From Verrucomicrobiota bacterium (GTDB lineage Bacteria > Verrucomicrobiota > Verrucomicrobiia > Limisphaerales > CANJXF01): a stretch of DNA of 46,167 nt. The notes under the pieces were generated by a model. That model saw only the letters and a program-made list of their open reading frames with translations, made no database searches and was not told the origin of the DNA. This document shows positions 1 through 8,336 of this stretch, one piece after another (positions within the stretch are counted from its first letter, which is position 1; each line of letters opens with the position of its first letter). The stretch is from positions 1 through 46,167 of the forward strand of contig JBBQAX010000002.1 of NCBI GenBank assembly GCA_038316905.1, given 5' to 3'. A program made the position numbers and the translations under genes.

Positions 1-442
1 GTTGATGCTCCATCAATTGGAATTGCAGATCGACGCGGCTGCGGTCGATGACGAGCGGCACGTCCCGATGTTTCTTCATGAAATATTGAGCGAGAACAAT
101 GTCGCAGGCATGAACGGCGTCGTAGTTTCCCTCAACCAATATTTTGTCGAGCGCCTGCTGAACGTGCGGCATCGTCCAATGCGCGATGCTGGTGGGCAGT
201 GGATTGAGCAGACGTGTTGGAAAAAGTTTTTCCCAGGCAGGATGCTGAAACGATACGAACTCCACGCGTCGGCAGAAAGTTTCAAAAAGTGCTTTGTGTT
301 CCATCCCCGCGCCATTCTCCGCCAGTGCGAGCAGATCAACCTCGTGAGTCTTGGCAAGTTCGCGGAGCAAATTGAACGTTCGTTGATACGTGCCACGATC
401 GAGCGGCCAGGGAATGTAAGGGTAGAAGACGAGAAGTTTCAT
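1..442 (-). CDS. Glycosyltransferase, GT4 (group 1, GT-B) family, N-terminal 147 codons. The 3' part lies beyond the left window edge.
   Basis: My reverse-complement translation from ATG (442-440) is stop-free to base 2: MKLLVFYPYIPWPLDRGTYQRTFNLLRELAKTHEVDLLALAENGAGMEHKALFETF... This is a typical GT4 N-terminal Rossmann start. It is absent from the ORF track because it has no in-window stop. It starts 4 nt after the stop (447-449) of the upstream gene. Confidence 0.7.
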   Translation of the reverse strand, partial: MKLLVFYPYIPWPLDRGTYQRTFNLLRELAKTHEVDLLALAENGAGMEHKALFETFCRRVEFVSFQHPAWEKLFPTRLLNPLPTSIAHWTMPHVQQALDKILVEGNYDAVHACDIVLAQYFMKKHRDVPLVIDRSRVDLQFQLMEHQ

Positions 443-446
443 ACGT

Positions 447-1589
447 TCAGTTGAATTTCCTCCACAAAGTTTCGTAGGCGCGAACAAAATCAGGATAGGT
501 GACCGCGTTGGCGTTCAGCTCCATCTGCAAGCGCTGGCACAAAACGGGATTCGTCAACGAGGTCGGTTCCCATAGGAGCAAGGCGAGGGAGTGGAGCAAA
601 CGTTGCCGCGGATACCGCATTGCTTTCCTTTCCCACACAATAGCGGGGCCAAAGGTTTTGGCGTTCACGAGAATGTTGCGGAGGGGATTTGTCTCGGGAC
701 ATTTATCGAACTGGCTCAGGGCGTATTCGCGGGCGGAAGTGAAGGTGGTTCCCAGTCGCTGACTCTCCAGCCAGAGCCATATCTTCGAGCCGAGATGAGT
801 TAAGGCGCGCTGGTTATCGCAAAGAAGTTCCATGCTGGCGCGACTGCGATGTGGGTGAAGTTTGAACTCGACGCCGATTTCATGATGCCGCCGGACATCC
901 TCCATCCAAGGCAGTTTGTGTTCGGGAGAAAAGTTCATGAGACGGCGATTTCGTTCGTGACAATCCCAGTGGTATTTTCCGTGCGCCGCGAGAAATGCAT
1001 CGCCGAAACCAAGCTGCGCTTTCGCGTGATTGCGCCCGGCGAAATCCGCGTCGTCGTCGGTGAATCGTTTGCGTTGCAGACGTTCTTTGGCGAATAGCAA
1101 ACCGGAGCAACGATTCATCATCAGGCGGGTTGATTCGATTAAACGAATCTCGCTCGCTTCATACCTGGAATTCTTCTGGAAAAAATCATCGCCGATCAGG
1201 CAGCGATGGCCGCACGCAAGGTCGTAGGAAAACATGGTCGGCGGCATCGCCTTCAGCTTCTTTGCAGATGAGATTTTGAATTCCACCTCCAGGCCAGCTT
1301 GAGGAGAAAGCGTTTCACCGAGGTGATGAAATGCGCGGGAATATTTTTGCTGATTGAGCAGATCGTTCCCGCGCAGACAGACGTAAAATTCTAAATCGTT
1401 GTAAGGTTTATCTTGCGACTCGGTTTTCAGGACGCCGCCTTGTCCGCGCCCGTAACCCCCACCGAGCAACAACGCTTCGAGCCTCCCGTTCGGAATGATC
1501 TGCCGAACACCCGCCGCGACACGATCGCAGATTTGCGCCAGATCTTTTTCCAGCGCATCGCTGCCGTCGATGGTGAAGCGTGAATTCAT
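447..1589 (-). CDS. Hypothetical protein with a nucleotidyltransferase-fold (Pol-beta-like) N-terminal signature
   Basis: Track ORF 447..1745 trimmed to ATG 1589-1587 (MNSRFTIDG...), which overlaps the upstream stop as ATGA (1586-1589). LLLGGGYGRGQGG...(17 aa)...YNDLEFYV resembles the G-[GS]-x(9-20)-D-x-[DE] minimal NTase motif. The remainder is helical-looking with no family I recognise. Confidence 0.6.
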   Translation of the reverse strand: MNSRFTIDGSDALEKDLAQICDRVAAGVRQIIPNGRLEALLLGGGYGRGQGGVLKTESQDKPYNDLEFYVCLRGNDLLNQQKYSRAFHHLGETLSPQAGLEVEFKISSAKKLKAMPPTMFSYDLACGHRCLIGDDFFQKNSRYEASEIRLIESTRLMMNRCSGLLFAKERLQRKRFTDDDADFAGRNHAKAQLGFGDAFLAAHGKYHWDCHERNRRLMNFSPEHKLPWMEDVRRHHEIGVEFKLHPHRSRASMELLCDNQRALTHLGSKIWLWLESQRLGTTFTSAREYALSQFDKCPETNPLRNILVNAKTFGPAIVWERKAMRYPRQRLLHSLALLLWEPTSLTNPVLCQRLQMELNANAVTYPDFVRAYETLWRKFN

Positions 1590-2497
1590 GGGCTGACGTT
1601 TTGCGTGATCGTTTGAGAAAAAACGGCGTTGGTTTCGCGATAATCTTTCCAACCCGCTCTGAATCCATCCAGTTTGCCGCGACGTTGATGCCAGCGAATT
1701 TTGGCAGCGTGCGGCAATTCGTGGAGACGATTCCGACGCGCGCAAAATTTAAGATCGTGACGCAGATCGCTGAGGCAACCGAAGAGAACGGTGCGGGAAA
1801 AGTTGAAGTAATCCGGAGTCTCGTTCCAGGAGGCGGCCAAAGCGCGCGCATCTCCAAAACTGCGTTTGTAAGCCTGCGCCGCAGTGTAATTGTGCGAGTG
1901 CATCACGACGGAATCCGGGCAATACACCACGTTAAAACCTTCGGCTCGGCACCACCGCGTGTATTCGTCGTCCTCGGCGTATTGCAATTTTTCAAGGAAG
2001 CCGCGACGCGACCAAATATCTTTGCGAATGCCGCTGCTGACCATGCTGAAGAAGTGATCCCAAGTCGCAGATTCGCGTTCGTCACCAAAGCAGCGTTCGT
2101 AATCACAGGCGTAAACGGCTTCGCAAACATTGCGTGGAATTTGCCTGCCGAAAACCGCGGCGTTTTGAGGATTCATCAGGCCGTTGACAAGCGGGCGAAG
2201 CCAATTGGAATTTTGCGGCGTGGCGTCGGCATTCAGAAAAATTCCGTAATCACTTTCCGCAAGGCGCATTCCCCAGTTCATGACGCGGCTCGGATTGTAT
2301 TCCGAAGGTTTGATTTGATGGAAATGACGCGGGCGAGCGCTGCGGATGAGATCGACCGAACCGTCAATGGAACCGGAATCGATCACGATCAATTCCCAGT
2401 TTTTGTAATCCTGTTGGCGGAGCGCGGCGAGCGTGTCGCGCAAAGCCCAGGCTTCGTTATAGGAGCGCAGAATGATGCTGACGCGTGGATCGTTCAT
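1586..2497 (-). CDS. Glycosyltransferase family 2 (GT-A)
   Basis: Track ORF 1586..2830 trimmed to ATG 2497-2495 (MNDPRVSIILRSYNEAWALRDTLAALRQQDYKNWELIVIDSGSIDGS...). It has a classic GT2 start, a later FLNADA (DxD-like) motif and AEDDEY. The start overlaps the flippase stop as ATGA (2494-2497). Confidence 0.85.
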   Translation of the reverse strand: MNDPRVSIILRSYNEAWALRDTLAALRQQDYKNWELIVIDSGSIDGSVDLIRSARPRHFHQIKPSEYNPSRVMNWGMRLAESDYGIFLNADATPQNSNWLRPLVNGLMNPQNAAVFGRQIPRNVCEAVYACDYERCFGDERESATWDHFFSMVSSGIRKDIWSRRGFLEKLQYAEDDEYTRWCRAEGFNVVYCPDSVVMHSHNYTAAQAYKRSFGDARALAASWNETPDYFNFSRTVLFGCLSDLRHDLKFCARRNRLHELPHAAKIRWHQRRGKLDGFRAGWKDYRETNAVFSQTITQNVSP

Positions 2498-4047
2498 GCG
2501 GCGGTAATCCTGAAGAGTTTGCCAAATCGACTGACGAGTTGGGCGCGTTCGTCGGTCTTCAACGCGCCATGCCAGAAGCTTAGTCCAGCGACCAGAGTCG
2601 CCACGATGCATTGAGATAAGAACAACGGCGTGCTCGTGCGAAAATCGAACAGCGGAACGAACCGTCCCAGCATGAGGAACGCCAGCAGCGGCAAGGACGC
2701 CAGCCAGATTGGAATCAGAACGGTGCGCGCGAGTTGCCAGCAAGACATTCCGGCTTCGCGTGCGGACATTGGCCACACGAAGAACCAGCCAAAAATCATT
2801 GTGGAAATGAGCGAGCCGAGCGCGACGCACAAAACGTTTCTGTAGTAAAGAACCAGCCCGACGCTGAGCGCGAGATTGAGCAATGCTTCGCCGACGCTGA
2901 GTTTCATGAGGACGCGTTCATGTCCGCACATCATGAAGATACGTTTGGAAACACTTTGCGTGACGAGAACCATGTAGCACCAGAAGAGGAGAACCTGGCC
3001 AATCCAAAAGATTTCGCGGCTGGGAACTTTGTCGCCGGTCAAAATGGACAGAATTCCTTCCATGTAAAATGCGCAGATGAAGTAAAGCGGCGTGCCGATC
3101 ATGAGCGTGAAACGGGTTCCGTTGATCAGGAGCTGTCGCAAATAAACTTTGTCGCCCTTCGCGTGCAAATGCGCTGCCGCAGGCGAAAATGTGCTGGGCA
3201 ATTGTTGTGTAAAGCTGGCGAAGGTTTCTGCGAGCTTGGAGCCAACTTGATAAATGGCGACCGCAGAAACGGTTAACGCCGCGCTGATCACAAGCTGATC
3301 CGTCTTGGCCAGGATGACGCTGCTGATCGTGGTGAGGTAAGCGAAAATGGAGAACTGCATCGTCTCGCGAATGATTCCAAAGGAAAAATTGCTCAAACGA
3401 ATTTTCACCTTTGGCAAATATTGAAAGGCGAACATGGCCGCGACAATGCAGGGAATAATCCCGCTCAACAGCGCGATGATGAAAATGGTTCGGAGTGGCC
3501 AATGATAATGAACCGCGAGAGTGACGAAGAGTAGATTGGCGAGGACTCCGCTGGAGAAAATAATGTTGGTCAGGCAGATGCGTTGCTGGCCGATCAGAAT
3601 CTCAGGAAAAATTCCGAGCGGAAAGGCGATCGCCATTCCAGCAAAGAAGAACACCAGGATTTCTCGGAACCGCTCGCGATTTCCGTCCGTGATGTTGAAG
3701 AAATCGACGACAAAATGGGAACCCAGCAAAATCGTCACGATCATCAGTATTCCAATCGCTAGGTAAACGAAGAAAATGGTGCTGAGAATTTTGCTCAAAC
3801 GATCCCACTCTTGATGCACCGACAATTCAGCAACTCGTTTTTCTGCGGTGAACCCGAAACCGAAATCCAAGAGAATCCCATAGCCGAAAACGCTCCAGAG
3901 CAGCGCCCAGAAACCAAATTCTTCCTGGGTCAGATTCTGGTAAAGCATCCGGAACATCAATAATCCAGCGACCATCCGGACGGCAGTGCAGATGTAGTTG
4001 GAAATCGAATTGCGCCAGATATTTCGAGTAACTTCCTGGTTGGTCAT
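2494..4047 (-). CDS. Polysaccharide/oligosaccharide flippase, MOP superfamily (Wzx-like)
   Basis: Track ORF 2494..4119 trimmed to ATG 4047 (MTNQEVTRNIWRNSISNYICTAVRMVAGLLMFRMLYQNLTQEEFGFWAL...). It has about 12-14 hydrophobic segments and the typical Wzx/polysacc_synt N-terminus. It starts 25 nt after the A-T-TE stop. Confidence 0.8.
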   Translation of the reverse strand: MTNQEVTRNIWRNSISNYICTAVRMVAGLLMFRMLYQNLTQEEFGFWALLWSVFGYGILLDFGFGFTAEKRVAELSVHQEWDRLSKILSTIFFVYLAIGILMIVTILLGSHFVVDFFNITDGNRERFREILVFFFAGMAIAFPLGIFPEILIGQQRICLTNIIFSSGVLANLLFVTLAVHYHWPLRTIFIIALLSGIIPCIVAAMFAFQYLPKVKIRLSNFSFGIIRETMQFSIFAYLTTISSVILAKTDQLVISAALTVSAVAIYQVGSKLAETFASFTQQLPSTFSPAAAHLHAKGDKVYLRQLLINGTRFTLMIGTPLYFICAFYMEGILSILTGDKVPSREIFWIGQVLLFWCYMVLVTQSVSKRIFMMCGHERVLMKLSVGEALLNLALSVGLVLYYRNVLCVALGSLISTMIFGWFFVWPMSAREAGMSCWQLARTVLIPIWLASLPLLAFLMLGRFVPLFDFRTSTPLFLSQCIVATLVAGLSFWHGALKTDERAQLVSRFGKLFRITAA

Positions 4048-4072
4048 GATTGATATTTTGCAACGGGAACAT

Positions 4073-6751
4073 TCAATGTTTGTCAGAGCGCGCAAGGCAA
4101 TCGGCCAATGCTTTCGCAAGGCCTTTGACGTGCGGCTCCATTAAAATTGTGTCGTGATTGCCCGGAACGATTCGGGTTTCAATTTCTCCAGCCAGACTCG
4201 GCCAGCCGTAGAGCGGGTCGATGATTTGCGCCGGGTCGGGTTCATGCGCGTTGAACAAAACGACTTTACGCGGGTAGCGGCGAACGTTGTAGAACTTCAA
4301 CGCGTCGAGGTTCGTGTGGTAAACGTGTTCGAGCTTCGCGAGATGCTGGTTGATTTCCTCAACGTTTGCATCCGGCGCATTTGATTTTTCGACACGCCGA
4401 AAACGCATCTCATTGGCTCGTTGGACGCCGCGATAATAATTCACTTTCTCACCGAAATAAGTCCGCCACTGCTTCAGATTCATTTTCAACAAGCAACCGA
4501 TCCGACGAGCGTAGAATCGTAAATCTGAGCGAGATGGAGCAGGGGCGGGAGTTTCGATGAGCGCCATCAAAGCGACTTCTTCGCCCGCCGCCAACAGCTG
4601 GTGGCCCATTTCCACAGCGACAATTCCGCCGTAGCACCAGCCCCCAAGATAGTACGGCCCACGCGGTTGGACGGAGCGCATCTGTTTTACGTAGAGCGCC
4701 GCCATTTCTTCCACGCGAGTTTGGGTGTCTTCTTTGCGACCGAAACCGAGCGATTGAAATCCGTAACACGGTTGATCAAGTCCGAGGTGATAGATCAATG
4801 CGCCGTAGGCAAGAACATCGCCGGGAGTGGTGTGAACGAGAAACAGCGGCGGGCGAGTTCCGAGCGGTTGCAACGGAACCATCGAAGAAAATTTGAAATC
4901 GCCGGATGAATTCTGGATGTGTTTGGCGAGCGATTCGATGGTTGAAGCTTGATACAAGATTTCGAGCGGAAGCTTTTTGCCGGTAAAACGTTCAATTTCG
5001 ACGATCAACTTCAAAGCTTGCAGGGAATCGCCGCCGAGTTCGAAAAAGCTCACATCGATTCCAATGGGACGGCGGTTAAGAAAGCGTTCAAAGACGAGTT
5101 GAAGCTGCATCTCGAGCGGCGTCTGAGGCAGCTTGATGGCTTCTGAGGAAATTCCTTCTTCAGTGGAAGGATCCGGCAAGGCGCGTCGATCGACCTTTCC
5201 GTTGGGCGTCAGGGGCAGCGCGCCGAGTTGCACGAACAGCGATGGAACGGCGTAGTTGGGAAGTTTTTCGAGAAGAAATTTTCGCAGCTCCGCAGCGGTG
5301 GGAACTGGCTTACAGACGAGATACGCCACGAGTTGTTTGTCGCCATTAGCAGTGTCTTTGGCAATAACCACGGCTTCACGCACCACGTGATGTTGCGCCA
5401 GAACTGTTTCGATTTCGCCCAACTCAATTCTGAAACCACGAATCTTTACCTGGTGATCAATGCGTCCGAGAAACTCGATATTGCCATCCGGCAGCACGCG
5501 CCCGAGGTCGCCCGTTTTATAAAGACGCGTCTTTGGCGAGAAGGGATTGGTGATGAATTTTTCCGCAGTGAGATCGGGTCGATTCAGATATTCGCGAGCT
5601 AAACACGAGCCCCCAAAAAACAATTCGCCGGGCGTTCCTTCGGGCACTGGGCGAAGGTTTTCATCCAGCAAATAAACTTCCGTGTTGGAAATGGTTTTGC
5701 CAATCGGCGGCAGCGCAGGCCAATCGTGAGCGGGACCTTTCAAGGTAAAGGCTGTCACGACGTGTGTTTCCGATGGGCCATACTGATTGTGCAAAACGCA
5801 CTGCGGCAGGTGCGCGAAGAAATTCTTTACCGTGGGTGTGATTTGCAATTGCTCTCCGGCAGTGATGATTTCGCGCAAATGACGTGGATGAATTTGTTCG
5901 TGTTCGGCGGCGTCCGCCAAATGTTTTAAAGCGACGAAGGGCAGAAACAAACGTTCCACATTTTGTTCGTCCAGAAATTTGATGAGTCGCGAGGAATCGC
6001 GTCGCAGTTGTTCGGACACGAGAACCAATGTTCCTCCAGAGCAAAGCGTCGAGAAGATTTCCTGAAACGACACGTCGAAATTCAACGACGCAAATTGCAG
6101 CGTTTTGGCGTCAGCGCGCGCGCTCCAATTTTTGAACTGCCACGAAAGCAAGTTGAGCAGAGGGCCTTGCGGCATGGCCACGCCCTTTGGTTTTCCGGTC
6201 GAGCCAGACGTGTAGATCAGGTAAGCAAGATTTTTCGGATCAACGTCCGCTGAAAGATTTTCGTCAGATTCTTTGGCTGCCATTTTCCAATCGGTATCGA
6301 GGCAAAGAAGATGGGCGCTTTTCCCGGCAAGAATTGGAGCAATCTTTTCTTGTGTTAAAATGATCGGCGCTTGCGTGTCTTCGAGCATGAAGCTCAAACG
6401 CTCTTTGGGATAATTCGGGTCGAGAGGAACATACGCGCCGCCGGCTTTGATCACGGCGAGAACGGCGATGATCATTTCAACAGATCGTTCCAAACAAATT
6501 CCGACGATGACATCGGGACCGATGCCGGATTTTTTTAAATAGCGCGCAAGCTGATTGGCGCGGGCGTTCAAATCTTCATAGCTGATTTGCGCGGCGTTTC
6601 CTATTTTCTCTGGAAATGAAACCGCCGTTCCACTCGCGACTTTCTCAGCCTTGCGTTCGAATAAAGTCTTCAGCCCGACACGGTTCGCAGACTGGGATTT
6701 GGAGAGGAGTTCCGTAAAAATGGATTCGGGTGCAGCAGTCAAAGTAGGCAT
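4073..6751 (-). CDS. NRPS-like stand-alone module: adenylation - carrier (thiolation) - thioesterase (A-T-TE), with no condensation domain
   Basis: A-domain cores: LAYLIYTSGSTGKPKGV (A3), NQYGPSETHV (A5), GELFFGGSCLAREYL (A6), YKTGDLGR (A7), GRIDHQVKIRGFRIELGEIE (A8), LPNYAVPS (A9), NGKVDRRAL (A10). Carrier motif FFELGGDSLQAL (Ser576). The alpha/beta thioesterase has GGWCYGG (Cys706, codon 4636-4634 = TGC on the coding strand) and PGNHD (His866). Confidence 0.9.
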   Translation of the reverse strand: MPTLTAAPESIFTELLSKSQSANRVGLKTLFERKAEKVASGTAVSFPEKIGNAAQISYEDLNARANQLARYLKKSGIGPDVIVGICLERSVEMIIAVLAVIKAGGAYVPLDPNYPKERLSFMLEDTQAPIILTQEKIAPILAGKSAHLLCLDTDWKMAAKESDENLSADVDPKNLAYLIYTSGSTGKPKGVAMPQGPLLNLLSWQFKNWSARADAKTLQFASLNFDVSFQEIFSTLCSGGTLVLVSEQLRRDSSRLIKFLDEQNVERLFLPFVALKHLADAAEHEQIHPRHLREIITAGEQLQITPTVKNFFAHLPQCVLHNQYGPSETHVVTAFTLKGPAHDWPALPPIGKTISNTEVYLLDENLRPVPEGTPGELFFGGSCLAREYLNRPDLTAEKFITNPFSPKTRLYKTGDLGRVLPDGNIEFLGRIDHQVKIRGFRIELGEIETVLAQHHVVREAVVIAKDTANGDKQLVAYLVCKPVPTAAELRKFLLEKLPNYAVPSLFVQLGALPLTPNGKVDRRALPDPSTEEGISSEAIKLPQTPLEMQLQLVFERFLNRRPIGIDVSFFELGGDSLQALKLIVEIERFTGKKLPLEILYQASTIESLAKHIQNSSGDFKFSSMVPLQPLGTRPPLFLVHTTPGDVLAYGALIYHLGLDQPCYGFQSLGFGRKEDTQTRVEEMAALYVKQMRSVQPRGPYYLGGWCYGGIVAVEMGHQLLAAGEEVALMALIETPAPAPSRSDLRFYARRIGCLLKMNLKQWRTYFGEKVNYYRGVQRANEMRFRRVEKSNAPDANVEEINQHLAKLEHVYHTNLDALKFYNVRRYPRKVVLFNAHEPDPAQIIDPLYGWPSLAGEIETRIVPGNHDTILMEPHVKGLAKALADCLARSDKH

Positions 6752-6763
6752 TGCTATTCCTTT

Positions 6764-7957
6764 TTAAACAACGGCGGCGGTTGAGCGCGCCGGAATATTA
6801 TTTCCTGTCTTTGCCAAATAGGCTTCGTGCGTCATCAGTCGATAAATGTCGGGAATCGCTTTTGTTTCTTCGGGAATCTCCGGCTGGTTGGTGAACAGCG
6901 CGGCGTAACTTTGTTTCTCGGAAGGATGATAGCCATGCATCGCGCGAATCGGTCGTTCGCCCATGTGGCTCGGCACGATGAGAACGCCTTCCTTCACGAG
7001 GAATATCAATTCACCAAAATGACGGTCTGGAAAAAGCGCCCGCATTTCTTCCAGTTCGGAATCTGGAAGAATTCTGCCCTGCGGAACCGTCTGCAAAGAG
7101 CGTGTGATTTTTTCGCGCGCTTGTTCGTTGAAGAACCAAAAGCGCGCCATCGTGGAGTCGTAAACGACGGCGTAATCTTTTTCCATGCGCACTTCCAGCG
7201 CGTCGATTTTCGCTTTCAGATCGAGCAGTTCGTCGCAATTCGCCATGCCGTGATCGCTGAAGACGTAGAGTTTTACTTCGTCGTAATGTCCCTGCGCCGC
7301 CGTCAAAACTTGTTCCACCCATTCTTCATACATGCGCAGGCGTTTTGGAATTTCGGGAGATTGGTTACCAACGCTATGCAAAAGGCCATCCAACCCGGGC
7401 CAGTATGAAAACGAGAAATCAATGGATTCACTGCGGATGGCGGCGATCAAGTCGTCGCGGTTCTCCGGTTCCGTTCGGCCTGGATCACTGACGAAGTAAG
7501 GGACTTTATTCTCGGTAAGAAAATCGAAAATGTTCGATCCCCGATTCATCCCATTCGGTTTGAGCGGACTTTTCTTTTCGCTGAAATCGTAAAGCGCGAT
7601 GTGTTGAAACGGAATGTTGTAAAGATCGAAGTAGCCCTCAAAACCCAGTTTGTGCCGAACCAGTTTGGTGAGCCACCGACGGAAAATGCGTCGGCTGGTC
7701 AACGCTGTCGGCAGCCAGCGCAAGGGCCGCAAAAATTTGAACGGCGAATTTTTTGGGTCGTAAACAAAGTAACACCAGTTGCGATGTTCGTCTGGCCAGC
7801 GACCGGAAAGAATCGAAGGGACGCACGTTGAACTGTAGCCAAAAACGGATCCGAGTTTTTTTCTTTCTGGCGCAACGTTGCGAAGGAACGGATCGTTTTT
7901 AACGATTTCCCACCCGCACGCATCAATCATGATGAATATTGGCAGAACAGATTTCAT
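6764..7957 (-). CDS. Alkaline-phosphatase superfamily enzyme, nucleotide pyrophosphatase/phosphodiesterase (type I phosphodiesterase)-like
   Basis: IFIMIDACGWE (metal Asp), GYSSTCVPSILSGRWP (nucleophile Thr/Ser context as in NPP PTxTxPxxxSxxTG), VFSDHGM and AMHGYHP metal-ligand blocks. No obvious TM segments. The start overlaps the REC stop as ATGA (7954-7957). Confidence 0.8.
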   Translation of the reverse strand: MKSVLPIFIMIDACGWEIVKNDPFLRNVAPERKKLGSVFGYSSTCVPSILSGRWPDEHRNWCYFVYDPKNSPFKFLRPLRWLPTALTSRRIFRRWLTKLVRHKLGFEGYFDLYNIPFQHIALYDFSEKKSPLKPNGMNRGSNIFDFLTENKVPYFVSDPGRTEPENRDDLIAAIRSESIDFSFSYWPGLDGLLHSVGNQSPEIPKRLRMYEEWVEQVLTAAQGHYDEVKLYVFSDHGMANCDELLDLKAKIDALEVRMEKDYAVVYDSTMARFWFFNEQAREKITRSLQTVPQGRILPDSELEEMRALFPDRHFGELIFLVKEGVLIVPSHMGERPIRAMHGYHPSEKQSYAALFTNQPEIPEETKAIPDIYRLMTHEAYLAKTGNNIPARSTAAVV

Positions 7958-8325
7958 ATCGGGTTAGTTTCAGGAACCAACCGTTTGACCTCTGCAATCA
8001 ACTGAGTCGGGCTGAACGGTTTTGTTAAAATGACGTCGGCACCGGATTGAGAAATTGAATCAAAATCTTGCGGGACATCCGTCATGCGGATCGTCGGGAT
8101 GCTGTGCGCTGCATGATTGGACTTCGGGTGGTCAGCGCTCTTGAAGAATTGCGCGTCCGGGCAATCATCCATCACGACCAGTTCCGGTGTCTGATGCTCG
8201 ATCGCCGCCATTGCTTCCTGTTGGTTGCGCGCCTTGATTAATTCATAACCTGCACGTTCCAGATGATGCTGGATCAGGCGGAGCATGAATGGTTTTTCAT
8301 CAACGACTAAAATTTTTCTAGACAT
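7954..8325 (-). CDS. Single-domain response regulator (REC/CheY-like)
   Basis: MSRKILVVDEKPF... (acidic pair), ELVVMDD (phospho-acceptor Asp context), IPTIRMTD (Thr), ILTKPF (Lys). No output domain. Confidence 0.85.
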   Translation of the reverse strand: MSRKILVVDEKPFMLRLIQHHLERAGYELIKARNQQEAMAAIEHQTPELVVMDDCPDAQFFKSADHPKSNHAAHSIPTIRMTDVPQDFDSISQSGADVILTKPFSPTQLIAEVKRLVPETNPI

Positions 8326-8336
8326 AGTTTTTCGGG

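Noticed and set aside
2-454. Track ORF 2..454 (+, 150 aa) as a gene
   Set aside because: It is the antisense shadow of a stop-free minus-strand reading with a clear GT4 N-terminus (MKLLVFYPYIPWPLDRG...). The plus-strand product has no recognisable features and would collide with the operon structure.
1580-2614. Track ORF 1580..2614 (+, 344 aa)
   Set aside because: It is antisense to a well-supported GT2 gene. The sequence is low-complexity and Arg/Ala/Val-rich, typical of shadow ORFs. The same reasoning applies to 25456..26064, 27444..28058, 34113..34727, 35372..35968, 38647..39576 and other long antisense ORFs.
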